Shown: one piece after another, positions 62,491 to 64,000 of the stretch | Numbering within the stretch: the stretch's first letter is position 1 | How the letters are laid out: each line of letters begins with the position of its first letter | NCBI GenBank assembly: GCA_012295275.1 | Contig: CM022677.1 | Location: forward strand, 21,328,001 to 21,392,000 | Source: Chrysomallon squamiferum | Taxonomy: Eukaryota > Animalia > Mollusca | Direction: 5' to 3' | DNA length: 64,000 nucleotides | Notes under the pieces: model-generated | Databases searched by the model: none | Told to the model about the DNA's origin: nothing | Seen by the model: the letters and a program-made list of their open reading frames with translations, nothing else | Program-made: the position numbers and the translations under genes

Positions 62491-63680
62491 AGGAGAAGAT
62501 AACTGAGGGGCTTTGTCACAATAATGAGATAAAAGTATTTTGACTCTTTTCATCTGTGTGTGTGTGTGGGGGGGGTTTGTGTGTGTGTGTGTGTTTGTGT
62601 GTTGTCTGTGTGTTTGTTAGAGTTTTTATGTGTATGATGTTGTGTAGCTGTGTGTTATGTTTCTGTCAGTCTGTTAGTGTGAATGTTAGTGTGTATTGAT
62701 GTGTGTTAGTGTGTGTATGGATTGCTGTGTTAATGCCTGTGTGGTATTTGTGAATGTGTATGTATGTCTATGTGTGTTTGCTAATATGTATATTCTATGT
62801 ATGTATGTCTACGTATACATGATGGTTAGTGTGTGTGCGTGAGTGTGGTTGTGTGTGTGTGTGTGAGATCGCGCGCGCGTGCCCAGATCTGTTAAAGAAA
62901 GTGTACGTTTGCTTTTGTTTGTATTTTTAAATTAATTTAATTTAATTTTTATTTATTTGTTTATTTATTTCTTACGTATGCTTTAATGACTGTTCTACGT
63001 GTATTTGTTTTAATGTGTCTGTCTGTTCGTGGAAACAGTTACGTGTTTGTGTGTGCATCTGTGTGTCTGTCAGTGTTTGTGTGCGAGTATTTCGTATCAT
63101 ACTCAATGACAGTTTGGCTTCCAGCACGCATACAAACATTTTACATCATCTACAACGTCTCCATATCAGCTTACAACACCGTCAAATAAATTTAAAAACA
63201 AACGTTGTAACGAAAGATTTTATCAAAACAAATTCCGGCTTTTTGACAGCCACCCTGAAATTGACTCTAACCTGTCACCGTATTTACATTACCTCGGTTT
63301 GACTTTCAAGTCTGTTTGTCTTACATCCAACCTTATTTAGCTGCGCACCAATGCATAAATTACCGTCCAGATTAGTTCTGTGTATTTGTGTGGGTAGTGG
63401 GTTGGTGGTGGTGGGTATTATGTTTCGGAAGAATTGTATCTGTAATTGATCGTGGGAAGTGTGTTTGATATGACTGCAAAAATACAAGAAAGAAAAGGAT
63501 GGAAGAACAAAAAGAAAGAAAGAAAAAGAAAGAAAGAAAGAAAGAAAGAATGAAATAAAGAAAAAAAGAACAAGGAAATTTATGTGAATAATTAATTTAA
63601 AGATGAAAGAACAAATGAGTGGGTGAATAAAAATTCAAAATAAAAGTGATAATAATAATGTCAGCAACGGCAGCAGCAGC

Positions 63681-63781
<101 letters not shown>

Positions 63782-64000
63782 CAATAAAAATTAGAAAGAA
63801 AGGAAAGAATTATGGACTGAAGTAAAGAAATGTATCAAATTTTTTAAAATTTACGATGTAGTCTTATTTATTTCGAATTTCCTTGACACGATCTTGTCTT
63901 TGCCAGAGTTCGAGTGATTTCGTTCACGTTCTAGACAAGTGAACATTATTTTGCAATAACAACAAATGTTTTTGTTGTTTTACTTCAAAAACAAACACAA

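Overview
Eukaryotic (animal) genomic DNA: AT-rich, with spliceosomal GT-AG introns and dense microsatellites. The style suggests a mollusc, possibly a cephalopod, but that is inference only. Nearly all long ORFs in the supplied track are microsatellite translation artefacts. Manual splicing gives four transcription units. (1-2) Two tandem + strand paralogues with conserved intron positions and phases (5681-14872, 5'-incomplete; 17319-29953). They encode coiled-coil/ER-K helix + ZU5-ZU5-UPA-like + death-domain proteins (DTHD1-like). Paralogue 1 has two +1 frameshifts in short homopolymers. (3) A probable spliced, strongly CpG-depleted minus-strand noncoding or micropeptide transcript (~35-43 kb). 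(4) A minus-strand 5-exon gene (51079-48174, ~301 aa) for a signal-peptide-less single-sushi transmembrane protein with PPxY motifs (SUSD6/SUSD3-like). 51.3-64 kb is noncoding with promoter/enhancer-like motifs. The most unusual structure is a tandem repeat in paralogue 2 that creates a ladder of in-frame 42-nt AG...GT cassettes separated by 13/20-nt GT...AG spacers. There is no CRISPR array or prokaryotic system, and no clearly novel system is demonstrated.
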